This document shows, in pieces, positions 37,926 through 51,628 of a DNA stretch of 64,000 bases; position 1 is the first letter of the stretch, and each line of letters starts with the position of its first letter. Below the pieces are notes generated by a model, which was not told the origin of the DNA, made no database searches, and saw nothing but the letters and a program-made list of their open reading frames with translations. A program made the position numbers and the translations under genes. The stretch is taken from positions 92,690,001 through 92,754,000 of the forward strand of contig OX597820.1 in the NCBI GenBank assembly GCA_951406725.2. The letters are read 5' to 3'. Source of the stretch: Octopus vulgaris. Lineage: Eukaryota.

Positions 37926-39399
37926 ATGGGGTACTATTGTTGGGAATAATTCGTAATTTGCTTTGAAACTTTCACAACGTAAGATAGATTAAGAATATAT
38001 GTTGCTGCTATTTGTCAGACCCAAGTCAGCTCCGATCATGGGCATTTTAGCCGTAATCGTCTTTTTTTAATATGTGGAATAATACTTGCAGTACATGGAA
38101 CCACTTGAAAAATCCACATTAGTTGTTAACTGCGACTTGCATTTGTTCAGCTGACGATCAGGCATTATGGAACACAGCTATGATAAAAGGCGTTCCTCGT
38201 AGTCCTGGCTGACTTATCTCTTTTACGAGGCATGTATATCGAGCAATTCAACATTATATAATATGCCTTTCTTTCTTTAAGGAATGTGATTTGAGGGAAA
38301 TTTAGTTCTTCTTTTAGCAGATGAAGCTACCACTTAAAGACGTTCTCATTGTCTACTAACAAAATATATATATACATATTTGTCCGTAGTAGCACATTCT
38401 TCAACGTTAAACATGGTGATTGATGCAGCAAGTCAAGCTGTGAATAATGTAAGGTTAAATATATTACATTGATATTAACATGACAGTTGGATAGGGGCAA
38501 TAATGCAGAATAAAATTCCTGCAAATCAAAAGATTTCAACCGGTAGAAGTAAACCAATGTCAAAGTAACTCTATTCAAACAGAAAATCTGATGTATTAAT
38601 TAGAAGAGATACGTATCATCTGAGAGTACAGAAATTGCTATATGTACATATACATTTACATTTGAATGGACCACGTTCTATGACCTCTAACACTTCAAAA
38701 ATAAGACAACTCGATACCGATATTGTCTACTCATCCCAATTCAGTCTGGACATAGAAGTCTGGTTCAAAATGGAGACAATGTGTCGATATTGTTACTATG
38801 ATTAAAATTTGTTTTAAGATAATTAACAAACTTATTTCTTGCCAGATTAGTGCCGCTTTTTTTTTTAGGCATTGTCGTGTATAAATTTCAATTCCCAAAA
38901 TAACGAATCATTAAAATATCGTTTCTTTTGTCTGCTTGTCAGCTATAGTACGCTATAATTACATAAATAATTAACTTGCTACTTTGTAGCTACAGCTACA
39001 TTAATTGTTAACTTGCTACGCTGTTTTCAAATGAGTTTTTGTGTGTGAGGAAAGGTTAAACATTTCCGGGTGCATTAATTTCTACATATATTTTACATCA
39101 TATTTAGCACTTATCCTGACCGATATATTTCTTTTAAAGGAAAATGCTTTGAAACAGGCACTTGGTAGAAGGTTATTTCGTCGATACCGCTCCACTTAAA
39201 ACTAAAATTAAAACCACTGGACAATTCCCCCATCACTTCTCTAACATTTGTTGTTGACAATTAACAAACCTTTATCTACATATTATCTCTTTTTAAAACA
39301 CAATCTTTGCATACTCTCCCTCGCCGACATACAATGCATATCTATTCCCGGGTCACTATCGTATAGAAAATACTGTTCAAATCTGGTGAATATGTTGAT

Positions 39400-40070
39400 A
39401 TAAACTTCACTCTTATCTCTCGACAACAAAAACTTGCAGTTATTCTGACTAGTAATCTCCTTCCTCTCTCTCATTACTGCTAAGATATCTGCTTTATCTA
39501 CCCTCTTCGTATTCGTCCAACCCACAACTCTTCGACTATATTTCTTTTAGCATCGAGTATATGTGTTTCACTTCCCCATACGATTAACTCATCATTGGGG
39601 GAGACTTCTGGGACAACAAAACGTTTTAGTTGTTACCTTACACACATCCCATACTTTGCTAACAGTGCAAAACCTGAATCATTCACGATCTTCTACATTC
39701 TACAGCAACTATTTGCCTCTCAAACCCATATAGAAAGACTCAAAATAATCGTGATATCTTAATCTTCTCTAACCCAATACAACCTTGCCAATTCCATACC
39801 GTCTTTTGATTTCTCGGTTCATTTGATAACAATCCTAACCAGACGACCTGGCATACGTCCACATGATGAACAAAACTGATTCTCTAGTTCAGTGTTAAAC
39901 TATGCCCGGTTAAACTCGCGCTCATCCTTCACCTACCAAAACCAGTAAGGTAGATAGTTGTAAATCTACCTCTTAGCAATGTCCATTAGAGGAATCTGCA
40001 CATTTCTTATGCTAAACTTTTGGTCTACGTTGACGTTTTTTCATCAGAGAACTATAGAATGCCCAGTTCG
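39400..40070 (-). mobile_element. Decayed RTE-like LINE relic
   Basis: Minus strand EIKRRYGIGK-like motif (~39815-39785) and downstream W/GH-like segments. Confidence 0.4.
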
Positions 40071-41299
40071 TGACAGTTTTTACCCATGTTAAGTACCACT
40101 TTGGTACGGAACAAAACGGATCAAGCTTGTGTCTTTCTATAGCACAAAGACACAATCACTAAATCTGTTAAGATATGTTTCTTTATTAGCCACACAAGGC
40201 TGCACTCAGACGGGACAGATTTCAAAGTAGATCTTTTATTTTGGGGAAGAAAAAATATTGGGGGTAGGTTTTCGATCAAAATGGATCGTAAAAGGGAAAA
40301 AACGATCAATAGGGATCCTGTATCCTGTTAAGATAAATAGGATACAACTAGAGTCCTCAAGATCACTACAAATGCTAGTCTCCACTATACCTGGGTATCT
40401 CTTCTGGCGAAAGAACATGTACAAAATAAACAAACACAAACAAATATCATCTCTCTATAAAGATCACGTGGGTCTCATGTTGAATTAGACCAATAGATCT
40501 GGAACTGTGCTGATGCTGTTCATACATATTGCTATGACTGCATTCAAAGAAGCTTACTTCCTTTTATAACATACGGTTATGTGTTAATACATAGCTATAT
40601 TTTATAACGTGCATTCATGAGTCATGGCCTTGTAGGTTATTAGACATAAATAGTGTACCAATATTTCAACCATTAGCTCATTGGGCGGTTGAAGTTGAGG
40701 ATGACAAATGTTTTTGTACTGGGCGTTGAAAGCCTTCCACCTTGTCTTGTGTGATGTTTACGAATTGTAGCTTTCCAACGATTGTTAGCCAAGTCTAGAA
40801 AGCTCATCTTGAACACGTGAGATTTAGTATCAGACACGAATGTACTAGTTCACTAAAAGTGAAGTGGTCCATTCAAAAGTAGTGATGCAATACCTTGGAG
40901 ATTCCGGTTCCTGTAAAGACATAAAGTTAAAAGGATAGATTTTCCAATTGTTTGATATATGAGGGTATTAGTTTTCAACATTAGAAAATGGAAAATTGAA
41001 TGAGACTTCAGTACAAACGAAAAGAGAACATGTACACGGACATTTGATACACTAGAAAATGTAAACAAATCTTTAAATAACATACTACCTTCTTAAAGAA
41101 GGGAGGACACATCGGACGATGTGATTCAAGATACAATTTTTTTTACAAAAATTGTGAATATATCTGGAACACTATATCCATCCTGTTAACAGGATAGATC
41201 TGATGTTCCAGCATCAACTACCAAATGTGTTCATAAGAATCTTTACAAGTTGACGCTATCTTTATAAGTAAAATTAGTTCAATATAATACTGAAATCTA

Positions 41300-42150
41300 T
41301 TGAGTTTTCTATAAAAGAAAAGAATGAAAAAGATTCATATATAAGAAATTAAATAGTAATACCAGATAACTGAAAATATTATTTTTTATTGAAAGATAGT
41401 GAGTAGACATTGAAATATATAGATTGCATTGTATAGCAAACTTAAGCTTCTGTGCGGATTATGTTTCTTTCTTTTGGCAGATTCGGTGATTCTACTTGTT
41501 GAATTTAGTACGTAAATGACATACCCTAGTTTAGGTGAGTCTTCAAAATTAGATTAAATCCATGATACTATGTTGCTAAACGTTTCTCATATTTGTAAGC
41601 TACTTGTTATTTCTGTAGATTAAAGTTTGTTTGAAATCATGATAAATCAGTACGTTGATCTTCATTAGAATCTAACATACTAGCAAAATATAATCCTCAT
41701 ATATCCTATGAAATCACGTTGCTGCAACAGCAGAGAGAAAAATATACACGACAATATTTCTAACTTAACACAGAGAACTTCCACACAAATCTTGACGTAT
41801 AATGTCTTTATAATATTGAATTCCTCGGTATTGCTTGTTGAATTTTTATAAGAAAAGAAAAACGAAAAAAAACTCACGTTCCACTTCTTACAACATTATT
41901 TTTTCTTATATTTTAGAAATTCAGACGAAACGAGTATTTCTTTCTCAAGTTGCTGTCATATTAGTCAACTACTACACTGAAATTGATTTCTCTTTAAACT
42001 ACACGATTTTCTAAGACACTGCTTCCTTGTAAAACATAAAATACAAAGAACGATACGTTCTAAAGAAATCACAAAGCAAAGTAAATATTATCGACCACAG
42101 ATAACTGAACGAAATTTTAAATGTAGTGCAATTTATACATAATTACGTCT
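41300..42150 (-). pseudogene. Decayed Cys-rich family copy M
   Basis: SVICG, RKSCSLKRNQFQC, YDSNLRK (41960-41940), KYKKK*CC, SFFSFFFSY and KICVEVLC (ORF 41680-41877). Confidence 0.45.
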
Positions 42151-42431
42151 AACAGCGTCTCTGTACTTTTTTGCAGTATTCTTGATGCGAATTACTGTGC
42201 TGAAACAAGGAAATGATATTCAACCAATGCGTGTGTTTATTATTATTAGGGTAAATACCCCACCAAGATACATCGAAATATTTATGCAATTTTGTTATAA
42301 TTTTTGCAGAAACATACGCAAATACACACACCGTACATGTGCACAGGCGCATCCAAGCACACAGACACGCACACAGACACATATACATATATGTATTATA
42401 TACATACATTTATATATATATACCTACATAG

Positions 42432-42473
<42 letters not shown>

Positions 42474-42695
42474 TCAATATAGGGTGGCAAAAAAATTTTG
42501 TAGAATTCTTTTGCCACCAGCGGCCTAGTAGGAAAAAATTAAAATAGTCATAGACCATTTTCAAGTTCAACATCAACAATAAAGGAACGGCCATAATAGG
42601 CCATTCACCCACTAGAAATAACAGCCAAAGCTTCAACCGCAAATAAAAGTTAATTCAGTAAACCAGGAGAAAATTTAAAAAACATTTACCCTGTA

Positions 42696-42802
42696 ATTTC
42701 TTATACGATATACCGTTTCATCTGCTGATTAATGGTAAACTAACTTGATTAAATTAAATCAAGCCAATCTTCCACAGGCCCTCAGATTCTTCAGTAAGAA
42801 AT
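42696..42802 (-). ncRNA. Type-I hammerhead ribozyme, canonical core, GUA cleavage site (copy 1)
   Basis: Minus strand ATTTCTTA-CTGAAGA-ATCTG-(58 nt)-CAGAT-GAAA-CGGTATATCG-TA-TAAGAAAT, with an 8-bp helix I and a 5-bp helix II. Predicted cut between 42704 and 42703. Confidence 0.9.
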
Positions 42803-43187
42803 AGCCCAAGACGGAACAGATATTTTCACGAGGCATTTCCGACGTTGCCAAGTTTATATCTGACCTAAAATTTTCAAATCGTCGCACTCGCGCCAAATTT
42901 ATCGGCAGCAAATAAATATAAGCCGTCGATTCCATTACGGAATTAACCAGAAAATTCATAATTAATCAATATAGGGTGGCAAAAAAATTTTGTAGAATTC
43001 TTTTGCCACCAGCGGCCTAGTAGGAAAAAATTAAAATAGTCATAGACCATTTTCAAGTTCAACATCAACAATAAAGGAACGGCCATAATAGGCCATTCAC
43101 CCACTAGAAATAACAGCCAAAGCTTCAACCGCAAATAAAAGTTAATTCAGTAAACCAGGAGAAAATTTAAAAAACATTTACCCTGTA

Positions 43188-43294
43188 ATTTCTTATACGA
43201 TATACCGTTTCATCTGCTGATTAATGGTAAACTAACTTGATTAAATTAAATCAAGCCAATCTTCCACAGGCCCTCAGATTCTTCAGTAAGAAAT
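43188..43294 (-). ncRNA. Type-I hammerhead ribozyme (copy 2)
   Basis: Identical motif exactly 492 bp from copy 1. Confidence 0.9.
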
Positions 43295-43612
43295 AGCCCA
43301 AGACGGAACAGATATTTTCACGAGGCATTTCCGACGTTGCCAAGTTTATATCTGACCTAAAATTTTCAAATCGTCGCACTCGCGCCAAATTTATCGGCAG
43401 CAAATAAATATAAGCCGTCGATTCCATTACGGAATTAACCAGAAAATTCATAATTAATCAATATAGGGTGGCAAAAAAATTTTGTAGAATTCTTTTGCCA
43501 CCAGCGGCCTAGTAGGAAAAAATTAAAATAGTCATAGACCATTTTCAAGTTCAACATCAACAATAAAGGAACGGCCATAATAGGCCATTCACCCACTAGA
43601 AATAACAGCCAA

Positions 43613-43648
<36 letters not shown>

Positions 43649-43756
43649 CACACCTATTACTCGAGAATTTAAATACGTTCCTTTCCTATCTGTCTCCATA
43701 GGTCCTGGATTTTGACGGTCGTGCACATGCCCTGTTTTTATTTCTTACTTCTTTAA

Positions 43757-44578
43757 ATGTGTATCTGATCAATAGGTATCCGGACTGGTGCTATAAAAAC
43801 AAATTAGAACACGTGCCAATTTGGCATTTAATTTCCTTCAAATGACTCCTCTTCAAACGCCACACACTTAATCCAGCGCTGCTTCTATTGATAGAAGCAT
43901 TCCTGGAACTCGTTTTATGCGATAATGAGCAGCTGCCTCGTTCCATTCACTTTGACGTCCTAAAATCTTCCTTTCGAGCGGGATTTGATTTTTGGAAAGA
44001 GGAAGATGTTGCAAGGAGCGAGATCTGGGAAATACGGTAGCTGTCGGACCTGGGGAATGCTGTGCCAAGCCAAAAACTGCTGCACAAGCTGCACTGGATT
44101 GAGAGGGTCGTTGTCAGGGTGCAATAGCCATTCACCAGACACATGCAATTTTCCGATGAATAGCATCTCGCAAACGTTGCAAGACACCTATGTAGTACTC
44201 TTTGTTTACTGTCTGACCAGATGATGCATACTCATAATCAACAATCCTTTTCTAGTCTAAGGAAACGGTCATCAGTGTCTTGCGAGTCTCCCAGAAAATT
44301 CTTCACTATCGACATTCTTCTTTGTTTTGCCATCCTGGAAACGTCTGAATCACTCGTGCACTTGTGTGCGGCTCATACACTCCTCTCCATACACTTTCTC
44401 AACAAGTATCACTTAGTATTTGGCAAAATTTGATGCAAATTCTCTGCTCAATTTTCTCTGTCATGGTCAAAGCAACGATCACATGCTACACACGTTCCTT
44501 CCAAGCACTGCTATAAACAGCGGAAGTGAGTTAGTATGTTAAAACTTAGTGCGGATACTTATTGATCATAGCACATAT
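43757..44578 (-). mobile_element. Internally deleted mariner (Tc1/mariner) transposon
   Basis: WLLHPDN...PYFPDLAPCNIFLFPKIK matches the HDNA..YSPDLAP-D motifs. Imperfect TIRs: tgatcaataggtatccg (~43766) and cggatacttattgatca (~44551). Confidence 0.85.
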
Positions 44579-45269
44579 TAACTTATCGATTTATGTATTC
44601 CTGCATGCGCACAAATAAAAATGTATATGGTTATTTAAATATGTAGATTTCTGGGAGTGGCTTCTCTACTCTGAACCATATAACATTATTTATGTACAGT
44701 TATCGTATGGAAGGTAACTTTTTCATGTATTTAAATGCTTTACGAAATAAAATTTTAAAAAAGCCCTCTTCCCTTCAAAGGCACAGAGGAAGCTATAAGA
44801 TGATGCACAAGCAATCAACCGTCTGTGCGTTGTCTTATACAAAGAACAGTAAGCTATTGAAGTCGATTATGCAATGTTCGTTCTCTCAACCAATTCACAC
44901 ATGGACACATACACATATATATATACATATATATATATATTACTTAATGTACACAGTATGTTACGAGCTACTAAAATTTCCTTGCATTGGAATCATAGTC
45001 TAGGCATATTTTTATAAAATGCCTTGCGCCTCCAAGCAATCCTCAGACTCTCGACCTGTTCTATAAGATCTATATGGTAAACATGTCTAGATACATTTCT
45101 GCAAAGCAAGAGACTCTCAGTAGCTCGTATCTTTCTACTGCGTTCATTGAATTATATTTACCTCTCACTGGATAGCGTACTTTTTTATTGATCTTACCTT
45201 AATGAGACAGTAAATTATGTGTGTAAGTGTGTTTGTGCGCGTACGTGTGTATACACATTTTGTGAGAAA

Positions 45270-46745
45270 TTTTAAGGAACTACACAGAAACATGAAAGCT
45301 CAGTTAGTCTTTAATGGTGAGCCATATCATTAATTTTCGATGGACAACGGTGTCAAACAGGGAGATATTCCTGTCCTTACACTTTTTTCTACTTATCTTA
45401 CCGCATTGCTTTGATATGCTTTGCAACAAGGGAATCGGAATCAGATTCCGGATATCAGGTCGTATTTAATCTGACGTGATTTAACTGCAACGCAAAGACT
45501 TTCAATACACTTGCTAAAGAATTACTTTACGCTGATGATGTTGATTTGTTGGCGCACTCAGAGGGGAATATGCAACATACAATGGCCAGATTTTCCACTG
45601 CATGTGTACATTTCGGACTCACATTTAGTCTTGGGAAAACCAAAGTAATGTTTACTCCTTCGCCAGGACAATTATATTCTGAAACAAACATTTTTGGGAA
45701 TGAAACAAATCATTAACCCCTTTGTTTACCTTAGGGGCACACTATCAAGAGATGATGGTCTTGATGCAGAGATATCCTATAGAATTGGAAAGGGAAGTGT
45801 AGCATTTGAAAAGCTCGAAAAGCGAGTATGCACGGATAGAGGTATTTTAATGCAGACAAAAATGTGTGTCTATAAAACGTGTGTATTGACTGCACTTCTT
45901 TACTCGAGTGAGATATGAAAATGCTAGAGACATTTCATCAAAAGTAACTAACATGTATCTCGGGAGTCACGTGGGGATATTTCATAACAGATACAGAAAT
46001 GTTGCGGATGGCACGCTGTAGGTCAATTGAACAGCATGTTATCTTGGCTCAAATGAGACGAGTTGGACATGTTATTAGAATGAAAGATGAGCGATTCCCA
46101 AAGCGCTTTTTTTTATGGTGAGCGTAACTCTGTTAAGCGACCAAAGCATAAGCTGAGAGAAAGTTATAAAGGCTGTGTGGTGGAAAAACTGAAAAAACTA
46201 GATATTAACAAAAGTAAAGATTAATAAAGTAAGTAGGAAATTGATGTTCTTGGTCGGAACGAGGGGAGAGGTGCTGTTAGGACTCGTTACAACGCTTGGA
46301 AGGAATAGATGTTTCAGCATTCTGAGCTTAAAAGAGACTGTCACAAAGGAACAATTGGAACTGAAATCAACAGTGAACATTGGATATGTATTATGTGTCA
46401 GCGCGTTCTGTTGGCAAAAGCAGGATAGTGAATCTCTGAAGTCACATGAAAATCGAAATGCCCAGGTAGGTAGTAATCTTCAACACCAACCGCCTCTTAC
46501 GGCTTGTGTCATATGTCACGAAACTGGTAAGACAATATCTGGACTTAAAAGACAAATGCTAGATCACAAAATATTCCTTTTAATCAGATTCCAAAAAAGA
46601 AACTTGAATAATATCTGTCACTTGTGTTTTAATCCCTATCAGTCAGCAGTTGGTCTTAAATGTCATTTGAGGGCTCAACAGCGGAGAGATTCTGCTGTGT
46701 GATGGGATGTGGTCTACGTGTTGTTGGGACGGCTATCATCTGTCA
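45270..46745 (+). mobile_element. Decayed RTE(BovB-like) LINE, RT domain to 3' end
   Basis: NGVKQGD, ELLYADDVDLLAHSE, FGLTFSLGKTKVM, YLRGTLSRD, LLYSSE, GHVIRMKDERFPK, and C-terminal C2H2-like knuckles (CHLCFNPYQSAVGLKCHLRA). Frameshifted. Confidence 0.92.
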
Positions 46746-46829
46746 AGATGAATCAATCTTGACAGATGATGTATGCATACACTCACATAGAGTCGAGAGC
46801 ATTTATAAGTAACATATGCATTTCTATAC

Positions 46830-47650
46830 GCATCAAATTTCTTTGCTCTAGATACCAATTTAGATGACACGTGTTTGATACTTTATCTAATATCAGAATC
46901 TTGATTTATACCTATATAACTCTGATATTTGTGAAATTTACTAATCTAGAACTAATCCTTCATTGCATTTTATTTACCCTTCACAAAGTTCTAATTTTGT
47001 TGGTGATTCTTTGGTAATGATCTAAAAGCCTTCTTTTGCACTATCAGAAACAGGTTATGTGGCAGTATATGCTGTCCCTTAAAATTGACTTATGGAAGTG
47101 ACATGAAGTTATCATCGCTAAATAGCAAAGAGGTTTTCAAGATAACTTTGATGACACTACTTAGAGCAGTAAGGTGTTCGTATTTATAAATTTATAGATA
47201 TATGGATTGAATATTTAGGATTTAGTTACATACACAAAAATAACCTGGTCATAAGGTACGAAAAGCTGACCTCTCAATTAATTTTACTATACTTTATTAA
47301 CTTGATCACCTGTATTCTCCCAAAGTACAGTAACCACTGAAGAGAAATCTTGACGTTACGAAACATCAAAAAGGCTAAAACTCTCAGGTTATAGATTCCG
47401 ACTTCATGTGTATTTTATATTTCCTTTTTTCCAACCTAATTCTTTTTATTTTGTGCAAATTTAATCTCAGAAGAAAACGAAATAGCTTCCTTCTGTCAAC
47501 TATTCCTCGCTTCATGAAAGCATAGATAGAATCATTATTGATTACATAATTCTTGCTCATATGTCAAAATGTCATGTTATAATCCTAACCAATCGGATTT
47601 TGGATCTATCTATTAAATATTAGAAAACCAAGTCCCAGCACTGAGCCGAA
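46830..47650 (+). pseudogene. Decayed Cys-rich family copy N
   Basis: LCSRY, DICEIY (46924-46941), VIIAK* (~47108), VFINL, NEIASFCQLF (47476-47505), LICQ. Confidence 0.45.
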
Positions 47651-49368
47651 TAGACAGTTATTGTTTCATAAGATGAAAAGATATTATTACAGAAATCATT
47701 GGCTTTGACATGAAGTATCAATATTAAGTAGAGACAAAAAAATCATCTCTTTATAGAATATATTTCCCCCAAGCATTTTGTAGAATGCTCTTACATCATG
47801 AATGAAAAAATACCACAAGCCATAGCCTAAATTCAAGAACAGATAAATGTACCTATCTTTAATTATATCAGTGTATCTAAATACTTTTGGAGAGAATATT
47901 TACAATGCTTCAATTCCTTCTATGAAATTATTAAATAAAGTAATATTGTTTAGAATATCCGCAGAGGCCTGTGTCAATCTCAGATTTCCCTTAAAAGCCC
48001 CAATTATCTTCTCTTGATATAAACGGTTTTAATGATAAATTTTTCATGTTATTGCAATCTATCTTCAGTTACATGACATTACTAACTCCATTTGTCTCTC
48101 TTTGTTTTTAATTCTATTGTATTCTATCAGAAATGTCAAATGTTTTATTAATAGAATGAAAAATTGCCACTAACTTTTAATCACATTCGTACAAAAGTTT
48201 GATACTGCCATACCAATTGTTTAGTATAAGCCTCCGGAGATTGTTTACCACGAGAGGGAAAGGAACAATGATGAATTTCTTAATACAATAATGTTGAAAA
48301 AAATACATCCCACTTGCAAAAATATCTCTATTATCAATATCGTTGAATAACGTATATTTATGTAAAACCGTTCAAAATCTTCCGAGACCGAAACTTCTAA
48401 TCAGAAAAGCTAAATTGAAATGTACATAGAGGATTGTATTCTTGAAAGTGAGTAACGTAAGCTCTAAGTTTTGTTTTATCGCAATGAAATTCAGCATAAA
48501 TTTCTATATAAATCATATTTCGAAATATATTAACATATTTCATGTTTCAACAGTCTCTAGATTTATTGAAAAGATAAGACTGATAAGAAGATAGATTGTT
48601 AAAATGAAAATGGAAAATATCATAATTTACTGAGGTTTACTTCTCCTGTAAAGGAAAAGAACAGATTGCTGCTAGTAAACGTAGAATGTCTTTTTGAAAC
48701 ATTATACTACTTTTTTATTAACTGATACTAGGATGAAGATAAATCATTCGTGGTATATATATATTTCCCGGTCGATTTTCAAAAGGGCACAGGGGAGAAG
48801 GTAGTGGAATATAGGCCCAGAAGTAACGTGTTCAAATAATCTGTTACACTCTCTTTGCATTTCGAGAGAGAACGCTTTCAAATTTATTGTTTCAGTTACA
48901 TTTATCTCTACTGAATTTTTCTTCTTAAGATGAATTACTATGTTAACCTAGTAACATTAACAGAAAAGTAATTCTTTCTTATTCGATTACTCGAACATAT
49001 ACTGCAAATTTATTATTTGATGGCAGATTACTTTAATACACAGAGCACTAAAGTAAAATATAAGCTTATTTTGTTTATGCAGGGTGCGAGAGGTATTTCA
49101 GCTCATATTTTGTAATTTAATAAAACAACTCTAATCTAGCGAAAACCAAATGTATATTAATAAAGAAAACTTATGCATATGTTCTCAAAAATATTTTTTA
49201 TAATATTATTATTTCAATCCGTCTTCAGCTTCGATTGCTGCTTCAATGCTATACCAGAATCTTTAATATGCTTGCACTAAATGGTCCTTATCTAATTCAG
49301 ATATCACTCGGACACGGACGCACACACACACACACACACGCGCGCGCGCACACACACACACACGCACA

Positions 49369-49436
<68 letters not shown>

Positions 49437-49440
<4 letters not shown>

Positions 49441-49598
49441 TTCAGCAAAAATTTAGATTCAGATGAACATGGTTCTTAAGTTAAAGGCACCGGAATTTGG
49501 TATGGTATTATCCATATAAATCAAATGGGTTGATTATAATCAAAATAAGCAACAAGGATATCTACTTTTGGATATCCCTGTTGCTTATTTTGATTATA
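49437..49598. mobile_element. Penelope-type end fragment with a short inverted tail, between (TA)n
   Basis: Near-identical to 23873-24000. ataatcaaaataagcaacaaggatatc is inverted as gatatccctgttgcttattttgattat. Confidence 0.7.
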
Positions 49599-50549
49599 TA
49601 TATATATATATATATATATACAATAACGAATTAAAAGCAACAGTTGCATTGGAAATGTTATCGACCGCACATACTCAAAGCATGTCTTGTTCGTTCGCTG
49701 GTTTGCTGCCTACAGCGCTTGGGAAACGGCTCCCTCATAAGGTTGGGTGCCAAAACACCTGAGACAATTCGCCTCCAATCAGATTCAGGAATAGTAGATA
49801 CCAATACGTCACCATTTTTGTGGTTTATCAACATCACGTAACTGACTCGAACCGGGAAATGAATCGAATTGCTGACCTAGGACTATAATAGATAGTGTAC
49901 GAAATATTTTCTGGTATGCCCTGGCGATATAAACGTAAGATAAAATTCAGTAGCGAAGTAAAAGCAGCACTAGTGTTGTAAATATTATCGACTGCGTGGA
50001 GAAGCTTACTGAAATGAAGGACTAAAAAATTTAGCAAAAAGGGGGAGAATAGAGAACAGGAAAGACGCTCGCTCTAGCATACATATGCAGGCGAACTTCC
50101 ACGAATATACGCAAACATACGCAGGCGTAGCGCATACAAAAATAAGCAGTGAGGCTGAAAGCTAGTTCCACCTGAAGAAAGGGTAGACTCCTTTGACGTC
50201 ACATTAGATGCAACAACGATGGTAAATTAGTCTTGAAGGCAAAGTAAGAGGACAAAGCAATGGATCAGGACGTATAGACTATGCAAAGGTATGTGTGCAT
50301 ATGTATATTTAAGTTTATATGTGCGTTTGTGCGCATGTGTGTTTGTTTGTGTGTGTCTGTGTGTTCGTTCATTAAATTAATATGACAGTAAAATGAATTA
50401 AAATATATTTAAGTTTACAAATGGTTCAAAGAATAAAAAGAGAATTAGGTTGCTATTTTACTATTAACCACTCTAATGTAACAATATTCTGGTTTATATT
50501 CCAATGTATTTATTTTCATACGGTTCCTTTTAATTTAATGTCATATGCT

Positions 50550-51310
50550 CACAATTTGATTAGATAACTTCATTGTCTCCAAGTATATCAAATTGCTCTC
50601 AGTAAAAATACATACATTACGCACATACATTTTACACACATACAATCTTTTAGAAGATTTTTCTTTAAGTTACATAATACTTTGATCAGATAACACTTTT
50701 GTTTCAAGATATACTATATTGCTCTCAGTAAAATTTGTATGCGTTAAATGCTCACGCTTACATATTATTGATATTGTACATCCCTTTAAATGTTATTTTT
50801 AGACATGTATTGTTATATTCATCGGTTATTATTAAACGTTGGCAAATGTAAAGTATTTTTTACATTATATTTAAACGTGTAAAATTTTTCTGTATCTATT
50901 TTTTTTTAATCTACGCTTATGCTACCTTATAATTATTTCTACTGTAACTTATATTCTACTGTATTCCTTTATACACATTTTCTTTTAATTTCGTATATAG
51001 TTTCTTTATTTCCTTTTTAATTACACCAAAATGCTCTTAGTAACGAAATGTAGTTTACATTCATTACTTCAGCAGAATCTTACAAAACACAGTTAATTCT
51101 TTTCAAAGTAAAATAAGAATCAAAATGTAAATCTAATATATATTTTGTCTTATTTTCTTTATTTTAAAAACTGAAATTTTCTCGTTAATAATGTTCTGAA
51201 TTATTGAGACTTTAGAAATTTTCTTTCCAATTTAATACCCTAAAACCATCACTCTTTAGATTTGAAGATTCTATATTGCAAGGACTTTGTGTAATATAGT
51301 GAACCCTAAT
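50550..51310 (+). pseudogene. Decayed Cys-rich family copy O
   Basis: FIVSKY, LLFQDILYCSQ* (~50695-50730), GKCKVFF (50841-50861), RLCYLIIIST/CN (~50914-50948), YCKDFV. Confidence 0.5.
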
Positions 51311-51597
51311 ATTTTAATATAAAAGGCCAATTTCAAGAAAATAATTGTGGGAATCTGTGTTTTACAATAAGTGAAATAAGCACAATACACTCCAAGTTGG
51401 AAGGTGTGAAACAAGTACGCAGAGTGCGCTTCATATTATTGATGAAAAGGCAAGTAGGATTTTAATTTAATGTGACAGTTTAATGACGAGAATAAATAAT
51501 ACAAGTAGAAAAATAAATGTTTTATAAATACGCAGATTTACATTTTTTAGTTTAGTTACAGAAAGCTTCAAATTTCATGCAGATGGACACCATCTGC

Positions 51598-51628
<31 letters not shown>

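Larger units (their letters stand above)
36750..38950 (+). pseudogene. Decayed Cys-rich family copy L, split by SINEs
   Basis: NMLYT, KILCF, KCFIFKDLISIC (36882-36917), EEIRI*C, NVYCY (37008-37022), and a distal KIINKLISCQ (~38816-38845). Confidence 0.5.
42466..43612 (-). mobile_element. Retrozyme-like tandem array: 492-bp unit x 2.33, inserted in (TA)n
   Basis: Units start at 42466, 42958 and 43450 and look identical by eye. Each full unit holds an intact hammerhead. (TA)n on both flanks and no credible ORF. Confidence 0.85.

Noticed and set aside
42610-42630. ctagaaataacagcc resembling the sgRNA scaffold GCTAGAAATAGC, and tandem units as a CRISPR array
   Set aside because: The match is short and coincidental. 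There is no repeat-spacer structure and no cas gene, and the context is eukaryotic.
42424-43653. Repeated ORFs (MRLKLWLLFLVGEW..., MNFLVNSVMES...) as a tandem gene family
   Set aside because: They recur only because the 492-bp unit is duplicated. They have no recognisable domain, and one overlaps the ribozyme.
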